A stretch of DNA of 32,000 nucleotides from Mycobacterium tuberculosis H37Rv. Its GTDB lineage: Bacteria; Actinomycetota; Actinomycetes; Mycobacteriales; Mycobacteriaceae. Under the pieces are notes generated by a model. It was not told the origin of the DNA. It saw nothing but the letters and a program-made list of their open reading frames with translations, and did not search any database. The stretch lies in contig NC_000962.3 of NCBI RefSeq assembly GCF_000195955.2, positions 960,001 through 992,000 of the forward strand, written 5' to 3'. Of the stretch, positions 29,948-32,000 are shown piece after piece (position 1 is the first letter of the stretch; each line of letters begins with the position of its first letter). Made by a program: the position numbers and the translations under genes.

Positions 29948-32000
29948 TCACGAGGGTGAGCCGCGGCGTGCCGCCTCGTCTACCAGTTGTACTCGGGAGG
30001 GCAAGCCAAGTTTGGCGTAGACGTGGGTGAGGTGGGTTTGCACAGTGCGCGGCGAGACGAAAAGCCGTTTTGCAATGTCCTTGTTGGATAACCCCTCGCT
30101 GACCAACCGCACGACGTCGCGTTCGGTCGGGGTCAACGAGCCCCACCCGCGGGCCGGTCGCTTGCGTTCACCGCGACCGCGTTGTGCATATGCGATCGCC
30201 TCGTCGGTGGACAAGGCGGCCCCCTCGGCCCAGGCGCGGTCGAAATCCTCATCACCCATCGCCTCACGAAGCGCCGTCACCGAGGCCTGGTAGCCGGCAT
30301 CCCAAATCTTGAAGCGGACCTGACGTGTCTGTTGCCGAAGGGCGGCTGCGGCACCGAGAAGGCGGACACCTTCGGAGTGACTGCCGACCTCGCCGGCCAG
30401 GCCGGCGAGGAGTTCCATGGCATCTGGCATGCCCTGGTAGATGTGCAGCTCGGCGCCGCACGCCAGCGCAGCATGAGCATCATCGCGCGCCAGTTCTGGT
30501 TCGCCCCGTGCGGTGGCTACGCGCGCGCGTATTGTCAACGCCACCATTCGGTGCCACCCATTGGTCGCATCGACGGCGTCGTTGGCGAACTGTCGTGCGG
30601 CGATCGCATCACCTCCTGCCAGGGCTAACTGCGCCATCAGGACCTGGTGCATGGTCACCTGGTCGGGCTGGGCCCTAAGAATCGGCCGCGCCGCGTCGCT
30701 GGCCTCGAGCGCTGCCGTGACATCACCGGCGGCCAGCGCGGCGTACGTCATCGCCGCATAACCAATGCCTTGGTACACACCGCCTAACTCCGTCGCGGCT
30801 GCAATGCACGCCCCGGCTATGGCGTGGGCCGCGCTGGCGCCGCAATACGCCAGCACCTGGGCTTGGGTATATAGGCCGAGAACCTTTGTCGGCACATCGT
30901 TGGATGCCTCGGCCTCGGCAGTGATTTCCCTGGATAGCTCGAGGGCTTCGGTCAGATTGCCAGCCCACATCTGCGCCAAACTAAGCCACAAGCTGCAGTG
31001 ACGTGAGACGAACCGGTCGCCGATGGTGTCGGCCAGGTCGCGGCATTCTTCTGCCGCGGCTCGCAAAGCATTCGGGTCACCTGATATGCAGGTCCCCACC
31101 CCCCGCCAGTAGAGGATTTGACACAGCGTCCATTTGTCGTCAATAGCGCGTGCCAGGTCGGTCGCTTCGGCGAAATAGGGCGCAGCGGCCTCCGCGTTGT
31201 AGCCACTGCTACAGCCGCAGGCGGTGAGCGCCCGCACCAACGCGGCGGGGTCGCCCACCTCACGTGCCATCGCCAGCGCTTGTTGTGCGGGAGCGATGAT
31301 GTCGGTGGCGCCTACCGGACTGGTGGCCAGCCAGGTACTGAGCATTGCCTTGTCAGCGAGCGCTCGCGCCCGTACTGCTGTTGACACAGCGAGCCGGTGG
31401 AACCTTTGGTCTTCCAGGATCGAGTTGAACCAGGACAACCCCTCGCGCAGGTGCGCCCGCCCGAACCAGATTGGTTGCAGCGAAGATGCGAGCTGTAACG
31501 CTTCGGTGATATGGCCATTTTCCCGGCTCCAGGCGAACGCGGCGCGCAGGTTGTCGATCTCGGTCTCAGCCCGGGCGACAAGCCGTTGGTGATCGTTGTC
31601 CGCAGGAGTGTTGAGTGAGGCGGCCAGCGCCGTGTAGTAGTCACGGTGACGTGCGTGCACATCGGCCTCGCCGGAGTCGCCCAGTTTTTCCAGCGCGTAC
31701 CGACGCACCGTTTCCAGCAGCCGGTACCGCGTGCGGCCCTGGCAGTCGTCGGCCACCACCAGCGACTTGTCTACCAGCAGGGTCAGCTGATCAAGCACCG
31801 AAAACGGATCCAGGTCGCTACCGGCGGCGACCGCCCGCACCGCGGCGAGGTCGAACCCGCCGACAAATGGCGCCAGTCGCCGAAACAAGATTTGCTCGGT
31901 CTCGGTCAGCAGTGCATGCGACCAATCGATCGAGGCGCGAAGTGTCTGCTGGCGCTGCACCGCGCCCCGCACACCGCCGGCCAACAGCCGGAAACAGTCG
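29948..32000 (-). CDS. LuxR-family STAND-type regulator, C-terminal ~680 codons (TPR-like sensor region plus LuxR HTH); the N-terminus lies beyond the right edge
   Basis: The reading frame is open to the window edge. The C-terminal HTH is LTPTERDVVRLVSEGLSNKDIAKRLFVSPRTVQTHLTHVYAKLG. Upstream of it is a helical-repeat-rich region. Matches Rv0890c by position. Confidence 0.88.
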   Translation of the reverse strand, partial: DCFRLLAGGVRGAVQRQQTLRASIDWSHALLTETEQILFRRLAPFVGGFDLAAVRAVAAGSDLDPFSVLDQLTLLVDKSLVVADDCQGRTRYRLLETVRRYALEKLGDSGEADVHARHRDYYTALAASLNTPADNDHQRLVARAETEIDNLRAAFAWSRENGHITEALQLASSLQPIWFGRAHLREGLSWFNSILEDQRFHRLAVSTAVRARALADKAMLSTWLATSPVGATDIIAPAQQALAMAREVGDPAALVRALTACGCSSGYNAEAAAPYFAEATDLARAIDDKWTLCQILYWRGVGTCISGDPNALRAAAEECRDLADTIGDRFVSRHCSLWLSLAQMWAGNLTEALELSREITAEAEASNDVPTKVLGLYTQAQVLAYCGASAAHAIAGACIAAATELGGVYQGIGYAAMTYAALAAGDVTAALEASDAARPILRAQPDQVTMHQVLMAQLALAGGDAIAARQFANDAVDATNGWHRMVALTIRARVATARGEPELARDDAHAALACGAELHIYQGMPDAMELLAGLAGEVGSHSEGVRLLGAAAALRQQTRQVRFKIWDAGYQASVTALREAMGDEDFDRAWAEGAALSTDEAIAYAQRGRGERKRPARGWGSLTPTERDVVRLVSEGLSNKDIAKRLFVSPRTVQTHLTHVYAKLGLPSRVQLVDEAARRGSPS

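Overview
This is a GC-rich (about 65%) actinobacterial chromosome. A PE_PGRS gene, a PPE-MPTR gene, a 53-bp MIRU tandem array and the gene order identify it as Mycobacterium tuberculosis complex. From memory it matches the H37Rv interval Rv0861c (ercc3) to Rv0890c, roughly 960-992 kb. I could not run any search, so this identification and all family names come from recognition plus motifs read in the ORF track. Contents, left to right: the 5' end of XPB helicase; a MIRU array; a 756-aa XPB-associated ORF; a split molybdopterin cofactor locus (moaC2-mog-moaE2 on +, moaA2-moaD2 on -) with rpfA and its c-di-AMP (ydaO-type) riboswitch leader between the two halves; a YccF-like membrane protein; cspB; PE_PGRS15; fadE10; a FIST protein; an exported protein plus MFS transporter operon; a DUF3027-like protein; PPE13; a small membrane protein; a MarR / SpoU methyltransferase / membrane protein operon; a SepH-like DUF3071 protein; serC; an AurF-like diiron protein plus fprB operon; a VOC/glyoxalase protein; a 1.26-kb ORF-poor gap; the Rv0888 sphingomyelinase/nuclease; citA; and the 3' two-thirds of a LuxR-type STAND regulator. 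I saw no tRNA, rRNA, IS element, prophage or CRISPR array. The window looks like core chromosome rather than an accessory island, and nothing in it resembles a known defence or mobile system. The least-explained modules are: (1) the XPB helicase with an upstream partner ORF that carries a copy of XPB's own N-terminal domain and a WYL-like tail; (2) the CRP-boxed AurF-like diiron oxygenase / ferredoxin-FNR fusion operon; (3) an apparent frame break plus a C9A8 homopolymer at the 3' end of PPE13; (4) the long low-GC non-coding stretch upstream of Rv0888.
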